A stretch of 63,038 nucleotides of DNA, filler included, from Octopus bimaculoides (GCF_001194135.2; 6 parts of 6 records of this genome joined end to end with filler, not necessarily neighbours in it), one strand, 5' to 3'. Counted from the first letter of the whole stretch, positions 36,727 to 48,859 are shown. Translations and numbers: made by a program. Notes: generated by a model from the letters alone, not told the origin.

Positions 36727-37250
36727 GTTAGCATAGTCGGGACACATTGTTCATTATCCTAACTAAGTCTGCTATCAGTACGTTAATTTTCATGTTGTGT
36801 GACAAAGCTGAGTTCTTGTGAACAACATATTTTGAAGTTATGGGTTTCATGTAATAAGAGTGGAGGAGCTGCACTCTACTGTGCACAGTTTCTAACCAAA
36901 ATTCAGTATCTAGTACAGGGAGTCTATTGTTGGGGGTGCTTAGTGGGGAAATCTACAGTTACCTTGATACAGTGGTGGATGGAGTTAGCTATTTGCTGGA
37001 TGCATTACTGTCACTAGAGTTGGTCCTAACAATATTAATCTCATCTACATATCTACTTTAGAGTAGAGAGTTGTGGACTGTTCTGCTAACGTTTGTTTAA
37101 GTTTTCTGTCCCACCAGGTCATAAACAGGCCAACCACATCTCCATCTACACTGACACCGATGGCTGCAATTGAACTTGCATGTATAGCTATTTGTTAAAC
37201 TTTATTATGTGGTTCTTCAAGGTCGTTTTACACTGGCTCCTAGCAACTAC
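36727..37250 (-). mobile_element. Frameshifted Penelope-like element reverse transcriptase fragment
   Basis: Manual minus-strand translation across frameshifts: KTTLKNHIIKFNK*LYMQV / AAIGVSVDGDVVGLFMTWWDRKLKQTL / RYVDEINIV / IANSIHHCIKVTVDFPTKHP / NNRLPVLDTEFW..LLHSYYMKPITSKYVVHKNSALSHNMKINVLIADLVRIMNNVS. These match PLE RT motifs (Q..G.aIG, RYVDD, NSIH..I..T.D.P, LP.LD, Y.KP). Confidence 0.85.
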
Positions 37251-37442
37251 TAGACAGATCTGGTGTATATCATTTTCTCTGGAGAAAGGCCAGCCAACTA
37301 CAAAAAGTCACATCTGTTACTTATTTTATTGACACCAAAAGAACAAAGGCAGTACCAAAATCGACTGAATTTGAAGTTAGAAAGAATGGACGAAGAAAAT
37401 ACTGGAAAGGATTATCTTGTATTATAGACACATACACACATA

Positions 37443-37479
<37 letters not shown>

Positions 37480-37741
37480 ACACACACAAACACACACATA
37501 TTATCTTACATATACATATTCTTATATTCTATTACTTCTTTCAATCATTGGACAAATTGACCCCAGGACTTATTCTTTGTAAGCCTAGTACTTATACAAT
37601 CGGTCTATTTTTCTGAACCGCTAGCTTACAGGGACGTATACATACCAACATCGGCTGTGAAGTGTGGGAGGACAACATTGGCTGTGGTGTGGGAGGACAA
37701 TTACAGCCAAACAAACATATGCATGTATATATATATATATA

Positions 37742-37790
37742 TACTGGGTTGGCCAAAATTCACCCGCAGTAAATAAAAACTCTATAACTA
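37742..37790. mobile_element. Possible Tc1/mariner terminal repeat
   Basis: ta-CTGGGTTGGCCAAAA next to a (TA)n tract resembles mariner TIR starts. No partner TIR found. Confidence 0.3.
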
Positions 37791-38835
37791 CTTAATATTC
37801 AACTTTATTTATTCATTCCTATTTTTAATGTTTAATAATAGAATGAATGCCGTGAGTTAAAATCACAGATTTCTTCAACATTTCTCTATTTATTAGCGAA
37901 GTCACTACTATAAATCACCTAAACTCTCACCCACACATATAAANNNNNNNNNNNNNNNNNNNNNNNNNNNNNNNNNNNNNNNNNNNNNNNNNNNNNNNNN
38001 NNNNNNNNNNNNNNNNNNNNNNNNNNNNNNNNNNNNNNNNNNNNNNNNNNNNNNNNNNNNNNNNNNNNNNNNNNNNNNNNNNNNNNNNNNNNNNNNNNNN
38101 NNNNNNNNNNNNNNNNNNNNNNNNNNNNNNNNNNNNNNNNNNNNNNNNNNNNNNNNNNNNNNNNNNNNNNNNNNNNNNNNNNNNNNNNNNNNNNNNNNNN
38201 NNNNNNNNNNNNNNNNNNNNNNNNNNTATATATATATATATATGAGTTCGTTTTTATGTGTGGGTGAGAGTATAGGTGAATTATAGTAGTTTTCTCTATC
38301 TGTATATCTGTCTCTGTCGTTGTGTGTACCGAGGCGTTTCTTTCACTATGGTAACAGTCCTGTAATACTTCATAATAGTTGTATCAGATAACGTAGGACG
38401 GCAAATATACATATGCAGCTATAACTACAATAACAACAACGATAAGCAAACAAAATCCAGTATTATTAATAACGCTAGCAACATGTAGAATGGCTCTGTG
38501 TTTGCTAAAACACAATATATTTTTTGCTTGCTTTATTTTCTCGATTTCAAGCTGATCATCTACGTATTGTAGAGATATAATACTATAGTGATCTTATAAT
38601 CCTCAAGCTTTACCAGCGGTTTTCATACATGAGTGAGGATTACAGAATTTAAGCCAATATTTACAGAATACAGTTCTACGTAAACTATGCATATTGACAT
38701 ATGAATAATGTATTCCAAACACATGCAGGTGTAAATAGATCATCCCTGCACCCACATTCGCTCTCATATTATCTGTCCGTTCTGCTTCTTTCTCATTTCG
38801 TCATTCTCTATATAACCCTATTTGGAATTGGGAAT

Positions 38836-38902
<67 letters not shown>

Positions 38903-39858
38903 NNNNNNNNNNNNNNNNNNNNNNNNNNNNNNNNNNNNNNNNNNNNNNNNNNNNNNNNNNNNNNNNNNNNNNNNNNNNNNNNNNNNNNNNNNNNNNNNNN
39001 NNNNNNNNNNNNNNNNNNNNNNNNNNNNNNNNNNNNNNNNNNNNNNNNNNNNNNNNNNNNNNNNNNNNNNNNNNNNNNNNNNNNNNNNNNNNNNNNNNNN
39101 NNNNNNNNNNNNNNNNNNNNNNNNNNNNNNNNNNNNNNNNNNNNNNNNNNNNNNNNNNNNNNNNNNNNNNNNNNNNNNNNNNNNNNNNNNNNNNNNNNNN
39201 NNNNNNNNNNNNNNNNNNNNNNNNNNNNNNNNNNNNNNNNNNNNNNNNNNNNNNNNNNNNNNNNNNNNNNNNNNNNNNNNNNNNNNNNNNNNNNNNNNNN
39301 NNNNNNNNNNNNNNNNNNNNNNNNNNNNNNNNNNNNNNNNNNNNNNNNNNNNNNNNNNNNNNNNNNNNNNNNNNNNNNNNNNNNNNNNNNNNNNNNNNNN
39401 NNNNNNNNNNNNNNNNNNNNNNNNNNNNNNNNNNNNNNNNNNNNNNNNNNNNNNNNNNNNNNNNNNNNNNNNNNNNNNNNNNNNNNNNNNNNNNNNNNNN
39501 NNNNNNNNNNNNNNNNNNNNNNNNNNNNNNNNNNNNNNNNNNNNNNNNNNNNNNNNNNNNNNNNNNNNNNNNNNNNNNNNNNNNNNNNNNNNNNNNNNNN
39601 NNNNNNNNNNNNNNNNNNNNNNNNNNNNNNNNNNNNNNNNNNNNNNNNNNNNNNNNNNNNNNNNNNNNNNNNNNNNNNNNNNNNNNNNNNNNNNNNNNNN
39701 NNNNNNNNNNNNNNNNNNNNNNNNNNNNNNNNNNNNNNNNNNNNNNNNNNNNNNNNNNNNNNNNNNNNNNNNNNNNNNNNNNNNNNNNNNNNNNNNNNNN
39801 NNNNNNNNNNNNNNNNNNNNNNNNNNNNNNNNNNNNNNNNNNNNNNNNNNNNNNNNNN

Positions 39859-39935
<77 letters not shown>

Positions 39936-40260
39936 GTGTAGTTAGACAAATTTGGTACTTTTTGGTATACGTGGGAGGTGGCAATTATATTGTACTTTCA
40001 ACAATTACATTTACGCTAGAGTGTGAAAATATATCATTCTTTCGAATTAGCTTCCGTAAAAAAAAACATATTTAAAATTCACGCCATCTGGGCTTGAAAT
40101 TTTAATGGATGATTTTCTACGCCCTTATAATATAACCACTAAAATCGCTATTAAGCAGTTACATTTTATTCATTTGCAATGTATAGCTCATATTTTCTTG
40201 AACTACATGTAGAAATTACTACAGCAGATTTAGACTAGTCAACGCCCAGTATGTACGTGT

Positions 40261-40296
<36 letters not shown>

Positions 40297-41224
40297 GTAT
40301 ACATGTACGTGTGCATGTATATATATGTATAAATGTGTATTTATACATATATAATGTTAGGGGTTGGGGGTTCAATATATATATACGTATGTACCTGTGT
40401 ATGTGCATGTGTGCTTGTATGTCTGTGTGTTGCAGTGTTTTAGTTACATCTCTAATGCCTATGTAAGGAATATAATCAATAACAAAAGAATAATAGAAAG
40501 AAACACCGATGTTATAAGACGACGTTACTCATCCATAAACATCATCGATCTCCAGAATATGTAATCATTTCAATGAGAACCTCATAACGTATTCACGTCT
40601 CACTGAACATAACAAAATACATCCGCAATCTTGGGAATTGTCCGGGCGAAACACTTTCATCCACAGATGTTATGTCAATTCTCAGAATTCAACCGTATGT
40701 ACACTTATCAACAAACTCATTGTTACAAGACTAAAAATGACTGACTGCATAGGAGAGCTCAGCATGGTAGAAAAAGTAACCAAAGAGCCTCATATTGTAT
40801 ATTAGACCCTTAACTAAGGAAAAGGAACATTGACAAATGCAGTTGTACTTTCAAGAGATATTGATTATATTCCAAATACGTTTTATCGTTTGTCCCTTCA
40901 CCTTGCTCAGACCTGCAACTGTACAATATAATAAATATATGGATAAAATAACAAAAGAAAGCAAAACATAAGAAATATAGTGTTTTTTTTTCTTTTTTAT
41001 CTCGGGAGGGTCTTTAAGCTAATAATAAACACATGTGTAGGTTTCTAATTCAGTTCTATTTATTATTAGCTAATTGATTTAGGCTAGCTGGCAGGATTGT
41101 TGGGGAAGCAGACAAAATGTTTAGCGGCAATTCTTCTAGTTTTGTATTTGAGTTCGAATTCAGCCTATGCTGGCTTTGCCTTTCAACCTCTCGGAGCCTT
41201 CTTCTTGCTATAAAAGTAGGTAGT

Positions 41225-42054
41225 AATTTTACCTTGCAATTATTCTTAGAGCAAGTTTTGAAGAGTGCCATTCGATTTTACAGTCAGTTATTTTTTCAAA
41301 GGTAGAATTGAAGTGATAAAGCTGCATATTTGGCATATTTTGCTTTATGAGTTCAATAAAAGCAACAACGAAACGGAAAGTGCGAGGAATATTAATGCAG
41401 TATATGGGAATCAGACAATACTCGTAAGCCAGTGTCAACAGTGGCTCCAGAAATTCCGAACCGGAAGCGTAAGCCAGTATCAATGGTGATTTCAAAGATT
41501 TTGTCGTGGACGATGTATAGAACTCGACGAGGGCCTCTTGCAAAATCTGATGGAACAAAATCCCATTGTAACCGTTGAGAAACTAGCAGAGAAGCTTAGA
41601 TTTGGTCATTCAATGATTCATCGACACCTGCTTGCTAATAGAAAAGTCAGCAATTTAGGTAAATGGGTTCCTTACAAATTGTTCGAGTCTAATGCTCGGC
41701 GACATACCACGAGGATGACATTCCATAGGCTGGAGCTGTTTGAGTGGGAAACGATGCCCCACACACCATATTTACCGGAAATTGCTCCATTTGATTATCA
41801 TTTATTCCGCACTCTTCCAATTGATTTGGACGGAAAAATATGAATTTTGTAAACGAGATAGGATCAGTACTAGAGGAGTATTTTTCGTCACGGAAAGTGA
41901 ATTTTGGAAGTGGGGTTTTGAATTGTACTAGAAAGATGAAAGAACATTATAGAAAATAGAGGAGAGTAAATTCTAGATTAAAAAAGAACTTTGTTAATCT
42001 TAATTTTGAAAAATAAAAGTATTAAAAAACCGTATTATTTATGGGGTGTACCAA
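41225..42054 (+). mobile_element. Internally deleted mariner transposon
   Basis: HIWHILLYEFNKSNNETESARNINAVYG..QWLQKFRTG (N-terminal HTH), LGKWVPYKL (WVPHEL-like) and PHTPYLPEIAPFDYHLFR (YSPDLAP.D-like). 3' TIR-like aaaaaccgtattattttatggggtgtaccaa|TA at about 42025-42054. Confidence 0.85.
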
Positions 42055-42123
42055 TACATATATGTATATACGTATAAATAAACACACACGTTGTATATAC
42101 ATACACACACACGCACACATATA

Positions 42124-42164
<41 letters not shown>

Positions 42165-42201
42165 TTATATATATATATATATATGTATGTATGTAGGTAT
42201 G

Positions 42202-44110
42202 TCATTTTTCAGTTTTATTTCAAGCTTTCTTGCCAATAGAGAAAGAGTCTTGTTCTAACCTAGATCCAATTCATTAGAATTTCAACATCAACAATAGCGC
42301 ATCTTTGTATGTATGCATGTATGTATGTACGTATGTAGGTTTGTATGTATGCATACGTGAAGATTTGTATGTTTTGTTTTATGCATGTCTTCTCATGCAT
42401 AGACTTGCATATCTAGACATGCTCGTATATACTTAAATGACAATCTTCAGGAAAGTTTTACAGATTTTTACAATTCCAGTGATGGATTGGGTCTATAGTC
42501 TTCGAATCGGCTTTCTCCTTTCTGATTTCTCGATGCTTAATTTGTCAAGCTTGGTATTTAGGCAGTGTGTAACGTATCCCAGTTCCCCAATAATTACAGG
42601 ATAAACCTGAAATTGTAATCTGGATAGAAATACTGAAGTTTTTTTTTATAGTTCAGCGTAGGTATTCTCTTTTTTACTGATCTTCAGCCGCAAGTTAACA
42701 CCCGCTGGGCAGCTGATTTCCAAAGCTCTACACAGTTTTTCATCTCTATCTCGAATAATTCTATCAGGTCTACTGTGCTTACATATTACTGAGATTTTCA
42801 CTGGACATTCCACCAGTACTCCTTTTTATCATCAGTGGCGATGGTTTTCACCATACTTTGGGTTCATCTTTCTTTGTCCTCGTGGTTATCATTTGGACAG
42901 ATCTCGTTATCCAGTGTCCTAGCTACAACATCATGTCTCATCGGTTGATAATACCGTGATGACATTTTCGGACAACTGCTTATGATGTGGGTGATATTTT
43001 CGGTGTTAACCCCACAAAGACTGCATCGGTTGACACATTTTACTGCCTTTCCTGCATCTTTTGTGCTTCAGGTAGTTGGTTGACATTTCCTGTTCTTGAG
43101 TTACCTACGCATATCCTTCAAAGTGGGAGGCAGTAATCATTTTGTTGGTCTATGATAGACAGCTTTGAAGATGAATGTTGCTATTATCTCTGAGCTTTCT
43201 ATTAATATATCCATGCATGTTTTTCTGTTCATGTATGCTCATCCTTTCATCTGATGATATATTGGGATGGAGTCATGCGACTTCTTTGGCCATGTATTCA
43301 AAGAATGCTTGTCAAGGAGCTGCCTTTCAAGTCTTATGATGTTTTCAGCCTTATGTATTCAAACTTAGTCAAGCGATTCGCTTCGACACTTGGTGGTTAA
43401 AAGCTAATGCCGAAGGGCTATGATACGCCATTCAAATGCATTTTAGATCGATGTTAAGCCTCTATCGCCTTGTTTTCGTTTTAGGTAGAGATTGTCTACG
43501 TCACTGTTTATGTGGAAATTATGTGTACTGGTTAGTGTTTTCCGGGTTTTCACATCAATGGCTCGGATCTCATTAATCCTCCAATCAAGCAGCCCAAATT
43601 TTTGTGAGTACTGGTGCTGCAAACACATTGTGAGCCACTGTTTTATTGAATGCAGAGAGTTCCGAGGTCCAAATTTTCCATATTCTTTGTTGACACGTGT
43701 TTTGTTACAGGTGCCATTGCATAATATTTTTTCATCTACCTCTAGATACATGTAACATTTCTTATCAGATATAAGGGAAACAGTCACATCATTATTGGAG
43801 ATGTTTCCATTCTGATTTACAGTTTTCCCCCTTTTCACAACCATATAACAACATTTATCCTGACAAAACTCTAACCCAATACACTTTGAGAATGTTGTAA
43901 TCAGGTCAAGGCTGTTTTTCATCTTGTGCATATTATATGCATTAGCATTAATCTCATCCACAAAGAAACAGTGTGTAATCTTAGTATTCTTCTTTCCTTG
44001 TAAACCAGTGAGATATCTTTCAGAAATCCTTAACACGAATATATGCATGTATTTTTCTATGCATGTATCATGTATCTTATCCAGTTTCACTCAAATAGGT
44101 ATGACTTAAA
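42202..44110 (-). mobile_element. 5'-truncated, decayed RLE-type LINE (second family) ending in (CATA)n
   Basis: RT remnant (HCFFVDE, GLEFCQDKC, SDVDNLYLKRKQGDRGL), CCHC knuckle RCSLCGVNTENITHIISSCP (about 42970-43030), RLE C-terminus (KENTYAEL..RFIPVIIG.LG, KICKTFLKIVI* with stop at about 42433). AATAAA precedes the junction with acatacctacatacatac. Confidence 0.85.
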
Positions 44111-44239
44111 TCTGTGGGTGCTTATTAGAAAAGCATGTAACGACAAATCTGAATGTTTCGGATTCATCCTATACGCCTGTGAATCCGTAAGTCATATAGG
44201 GCAGAGTCAAATTAATATTAGTATATGTGTATACTTAGT

Positions 44240-44435
44240 CGGCGAACCAGCAGAATCGTTAGCATGTTTAGCTGTGTTACGTCGGTTTTTACGTTCTTGT
44301 TTCAAATTCCGGCGAGACTCATTTTGCATTTCATTCTATCGGGGTCGACAAAGTTAGGTACCCGTTGAGCACTTGTGTCGAATTCATCGACTTACCGTAT
44401 GACATTGAACTTACTATCATTGTGCCAAAATTTGA
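44240..44435 (+). mobile_element. SINE family B
   Basis: ggcgaaccagcagaatcgttagcatg..ttcaaattccggcgag..cggggtcgacaaagttaggtacc. Confidence 0.75.
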
Positions 44436-45371
44436 AACCCATACGTTTGTATGCTTGCTTGTATTCTCTTAGTTGCTTCAGTCTGGAGCACGGCATTTTA
44501 ATTGAACAGATCGATTCTAGGATTTATTCTTTTAAGTCTAGTAATTATTTTATCGGTCACTTTTGCCGAACTACTAAGTTACAGGGACGTCAAGCGGTGA
44601 CAGGCAGAAAAACAGACACAGACATACGCGAAGATATATAGATATACAAACGTATATATATATATATATATATATNNNNNNNNNNNNNNNNNNNNNNNNN
44701 NNNNNNNNNNNNNNNNNNNNNNNNNNNNNNNNNNNNNNNNNNNNNNNNNNNNNNNNNNNNNNNNNNNNNNNNNNNNNNNNNNNNNNNNNNNNNNNNNNNN
44801 NNNNNNNNNNNNNNNNNNNNNNNNNNNNNNNNNNNNNNNNNNNNNNNNNNNNNNNNNNNNNNNNNNNNNNNNNNNNNNNNNNNNNNNNNNNNNNNNNNNN
44901 NNNNNNNNNNNNNNNNNNNNNNNNNNNNNNNNNNNNNNNNNNNNNNNNNNNNNNNNNNNNNNNNNNNNNNNNNNNNNNNNNNNNNNNNNNNNNNNNNNNN
45001 NNNNNNNNNNNNNNNNNNNNNNNNNNNNNNNNNNNNNNNNNNNNNNNNNNNNNNNNNNNNNNNNNNNNNNNNNNNNNNNNNNNNNNNNNNNNNNNNNNNN
45101 NNNNNNNNNNNNNNNNNNNNNNNNNNNNNNNNNNNNNNNNNNNNNNNNNNNNNNNNNNNNNNNNNNNNNNNNNNNNNNNNNNNNNNNNNNNNNNNNNNNN
45201 NNNNNNNNNNNNNNNNNNNNNNNNNNNNNNNNNNNNNNNNNNNNNNNNNNNNNNNNNNNNNNNNNNNNNNNNNNNNNNNNNNNNNNNNNNNNNNNNNNNN
45301 NNNNNNNNNNNNNNNNNNNNNNNNNNNNNNNNNNNNNNNNNNNNNNNNNNNNNNNNNNNNNNNNNNNNNNN

Positions 45372-46012
45372 NTTTCGAGATTTCTCTGAAACCTCCGGAG
45401 CAAGTGCCATCTCCAATTACTTCTCTCCACTTCACTGTCATACACTTAGAGAAATACCATCTACTCTTGCCATTTCGCAACGTCCACCCACCTTCCATTA
45501 AACTCACTCGAGGACAGCACTTCCCTCTCTACTCTCAATTTCCTATTCAAGTGAAACTTGAAGAAGTCAATGAGAGCTCTATCAAAGAGGAATGTATCTG
45601 TCCTCATGCCTTTCAGCCTTGTCCAGCAAAAAATCTCTTTCGCCACAGCCACCAGGCAAAAGAAAAAAACAACTGCCTTGCCAACTAATTGAAGGAGGGA
45701 GGCGGGGTGATCACCGCTATAGGCTCAGCCGACAGACGGATCCGTCCCACACGTGACAGCAGCTGTTCGACATAACTCCACAAGTCAGAGATGCTTGGAC
45801 TCTGAACGAGAGCGTGCAGAGCGGTTTCGTCACTTTGCGCGCACCTCGGACAAGCCCGTCTCACAGCACGTCCGTGCCTGTAGAGTTTAGCTCGAACCGG
45901 TAGCGCCTCCCGGTAGCACTGCTAGGCCACCGACCTCTGGTAATTATCGATGATAGTTCCCGACCGGAAAGACCTCCGGAACAGACCAGCCAGTTCATTC
46001 TCATCTGCACCC
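45372..46012 (-). mobile_element. Tx1/L1-like LINE ORF2 C-terminal fragment (zf-RVT region)
   Basis: ALPVRAKLYRHGRAVRRACPRCAQSDETALHALVQS..LWSYVEQLL..VAVAKEIFCWTRLKG..FFKFHLNRKLRVERE is the LP...L....CPRC...ET..H zinc-binding motif of L1/Tx1 ORF2. Confidence 0.8.
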
Positions 46013-46169
46013 AGAGATATTAATATTAATAAAAATGCCCTAATGGAATACCAAAGCGTGGCTCTCATGGATTCTCATCTTAAATGATAGGAAGCATTAT
46101 AATATACATCTTTTATCTTGGTGTAAAAGAAGTGCTACAGCAAATATTTTACTCAACATCGCACATTTG

Positions 46170-46587
46170 CTTGTCAGTTGTTTGATCTTAACAAATTAAC
46201 TATGTCTCTTATTGCCTGGTGATATGTGCATCTTTCATCACGAGCTGGAGCACTGGTAAAGTATCATAGCCATGTGTTGAGAGGGCCTTTTTTAGAAAAT
46301 TTAATAATGCTCTCTGGAAACATGGGTATTTCAATCTTCATCTTTAAACAACCCTTATGCATGGACCTTTTGAGTGGGATGGGCTAATAGACCTGAAGAA
46401 AATTCTAGCTGAATCACAGTAGGTCGTGTGCTGTTAATCTTGATATGAAGTCACCATGTCCATCACATATGTTTGTGATGCAATTGCCTGGTGTACCCTT
46501 ATCGGACCGGTAGTCACGATGAGTATATTGGGTTCTATATATTTGTAACCCAGTGTCACTTTGATGGCATATGCTGCTCTCTTACTC

Positions 46588-46588
<1 letters not shown>
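46170..46588 (+). mobile_element. Unclassified noncoding element ending in an (AAT)n tail
   Basis: GC-richer noncoding block ending gctctcttactc-AATAATAAT. Boundaries approximate. Confidence 0.35.
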
Positions 46589-46627
<39 letters not shown>

Positions 46628-46629
<2 letters not shown>

Positions 46630-47130
46630 GACATCATACTGAAAGACTTCAGACAAAAAGCATGCCTCCTCATTGATATGACTGTCCCAATCGATATAAA
46701 CGTATCTGTCAAGACCTACCAAAAACTGAGCAAATATAAAGATCTTGAAATAGAAATTAGCAAAATGTGGAATCTGAAGACGAAAACAATACCTATTGTC
46801 ATAGGTGCCCTGGGAATGACAGCGAAACGGGTTGATTACTACCTAGATCAGATTCCAGGAAACCCCAAAATGGCTGAAGTTCAAAAGATAGTGCTCATGG
46901 GAACTGCCCATATCCTACGTAAAATACTGTCTATGTGATCTCAAATTTTAAAGCAAACACATAATTTTCTTATGGTTTCTTAAACATTCACTTGAACAAA
47001 ACTGTACAAATCCAAATATATGGTACCCTAGGCATAACACCTAAATGAACTTCTAACTTGTTGTCTCTTGAGGTCTCTGGGTGAGACTTGGATCCAACTT
47101 GTACAAATGCAAAACAAAAGTCAAACATAA
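46628..47130 (+). mobile_element. 3' end of R4/Dong-like RLE LINE, flanked by (AAT)n on both sides
   Basis: KDIILKDFRQKACLLIDMTVPIDINVSVKTYQKLSKYKDLEIEISKMWNLKTKTIPIVIGALG..VLMGTAHILRKILSM*, then a 3' UTR of about 190 bp. AAT arrays at 46589-46627 and 47131-47222. Confidence 0.9.
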
Positions 47131-47152
47131 AATAATAATAATAATAATAATG

Positions 47153-47223
<71 letters not shown>

Positions 47224-47359
47224 GTCTGTTTATTAATGGACATGTTCAGTAAACACGTTCAGTAAACAAATGTTCAATCAACAAATATCATCTTATTCCG
47301 CTGGGTGTGGATAGTTGATATTTTTCGCTATACCCATAAAACAAAGATGATTTTTTTTC

Positions 47360-47398
<39 letters not shown>

Positions 47399-47413
47399 GT
47401 AATAATAATAATA

Positions 47414-47670
47414 AGGAGTGCATAAAAAGCTGGCAGAAAACTTTAACTACACCTGACAGGAGTGCATAAAAAGCTGGCAGAAAACTTTTACAACACCTGA
47501 CAGGAGTGCATAAACAGCTGGCAGAAAACATTAACAACACCAGGCAGGAGTGCATAAAAAGCTGGCAGAAAACTTTAACGACACCTGACAGGAGTGCATA
47601 AAAAGCTGGCAGAAAACTTTAACATACACCTGACAGGAGTGCATAAAAAGCTGGCAGAAAACTTTAACAA
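47414..47670 (+). repeat. Tandem array of five complete 44-45 bp units plus a sixth that continues into the LINE ORF
   Basis: Units start at 47414, 47458, 47502, 47546, 47590 and 47635. Consensus aggagtgcataaaaagctggcagaaaactttaacaacacctgac encodes HLTGVHKKLAENFN of the adjacent ORF. Confidence 0.95.
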
Positions 47671-47939
47671 CATACTAGCAGAGCCAGAGACAATGCCTGA
47701 ATGGCTCACGAAAGGGAAAACCATCTTAATTCCCAAATCCACGGAAACGGAGAAACCACAAAACTATAGACCTATAACCTGTCTCCCTACGATCTACAAA
47801 TCCTTTACTGCAATAATATCGCAGAGATTAAGTAAGCACCTGGAAAATAACAACTTGTTTCCAGAAGAGCAGAAGGTATGCTGCAAGGGCTCATACGGCT
47901 GTAAAGATCAATTAATGATCAATAAAGCTATAACTGAAG
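47635..47939 (+). mobile_element. 5'-truncated R4/Dong-like LINE, N-terminal RT region
   Basis: EPETMPEWLTKGKTILIPKS..PQNYRPITCLPTIYKSFTAII..LFPEEQKVCCKGSYGCKDQLMINKAI contains the LIPK, NYRPI.CL and EQKG RT domain 0-2 motifs. Ends at an assembly linker. Confidence 0.9.
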
Positions 47940-48859
47940 NNNNNNNNNNNNNNNNNNNNNNNNNNNNNNNNNNNNNNNNNNNNTTAATTAATTAANNNNN
48001 NNNNNNNNNNNNNNNNNNNNNNNNNNNNNNNNNNNNNNNGGTAAAAGAGACCGATAGAATAAGGTCTAGGCTTACAAAGAATAAGCCCTGGGGACGATTT
48101 GCTCGACTAAAGGCGGTGCTCCAGCATGGCCACAATCAAATGACTGAAACAAGTAAAAGTAAAAAGTAAGTAAAAAGTAATATTTATACGCACACACACA
48201 CACAAACACATATGCGTACACACATACATAGACATACGCACGTGTCATCTATCTATCTATCTATCTATCTCTCTTCAAGAAGAGGCCGAGGAAGGGCGAA
48301 TGGCACCGCGAGTGTCCCGCTGCTCTTCGGCAACTCNNNNNNNNNNTATCTATCTATCCATTTCTCTACCTATCTATCTATAGATAGATAGATAGATAGA
48401 TAGATAGAAAGATAGATAGATAGATAGATAGATCCTCACCACAAGCATACATTTGAAATTATCTGTACGTTTAAATGGAATTAAATCGTATTCTAGTGCC
48501 AGGACAGCCTTTGCAATATGTCCTCTACAAATGTGACGCAGTTTTTGCACTGACTTCCCTGTCACACTATTTCATATCTGCTGAGCATTATTGATATCCA
48601 TTCAAATCTCAGCAGGAAACGATAGTTCGAATATAATCAAACGGCACGTGTAAAGAGACCGACAGGGCATTGACTTAGCCTATGTTTGTTACTATATCTC
48701 TGTGGTGGTGGTGGTGGTGGTAGGGAATTGTGTGTGTGTGTGTGTATGTGTGTGTATATTGCTACTTTGGTGTTTACAGACAAAGTGCAAAACTCAACCA
48801 CTCAGGTCTGCAGTCTCTATGTTCATGTGTATGTTTGTGTATGTGTGCATATATACACA

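Noticed and set aside
47414-47670. CRISPR-like appearance of the 44-bp array
   Set aside because: There are no unique spacers, the unit is LINE coding sequence, the context is eukaryotic and no cas genes are present.
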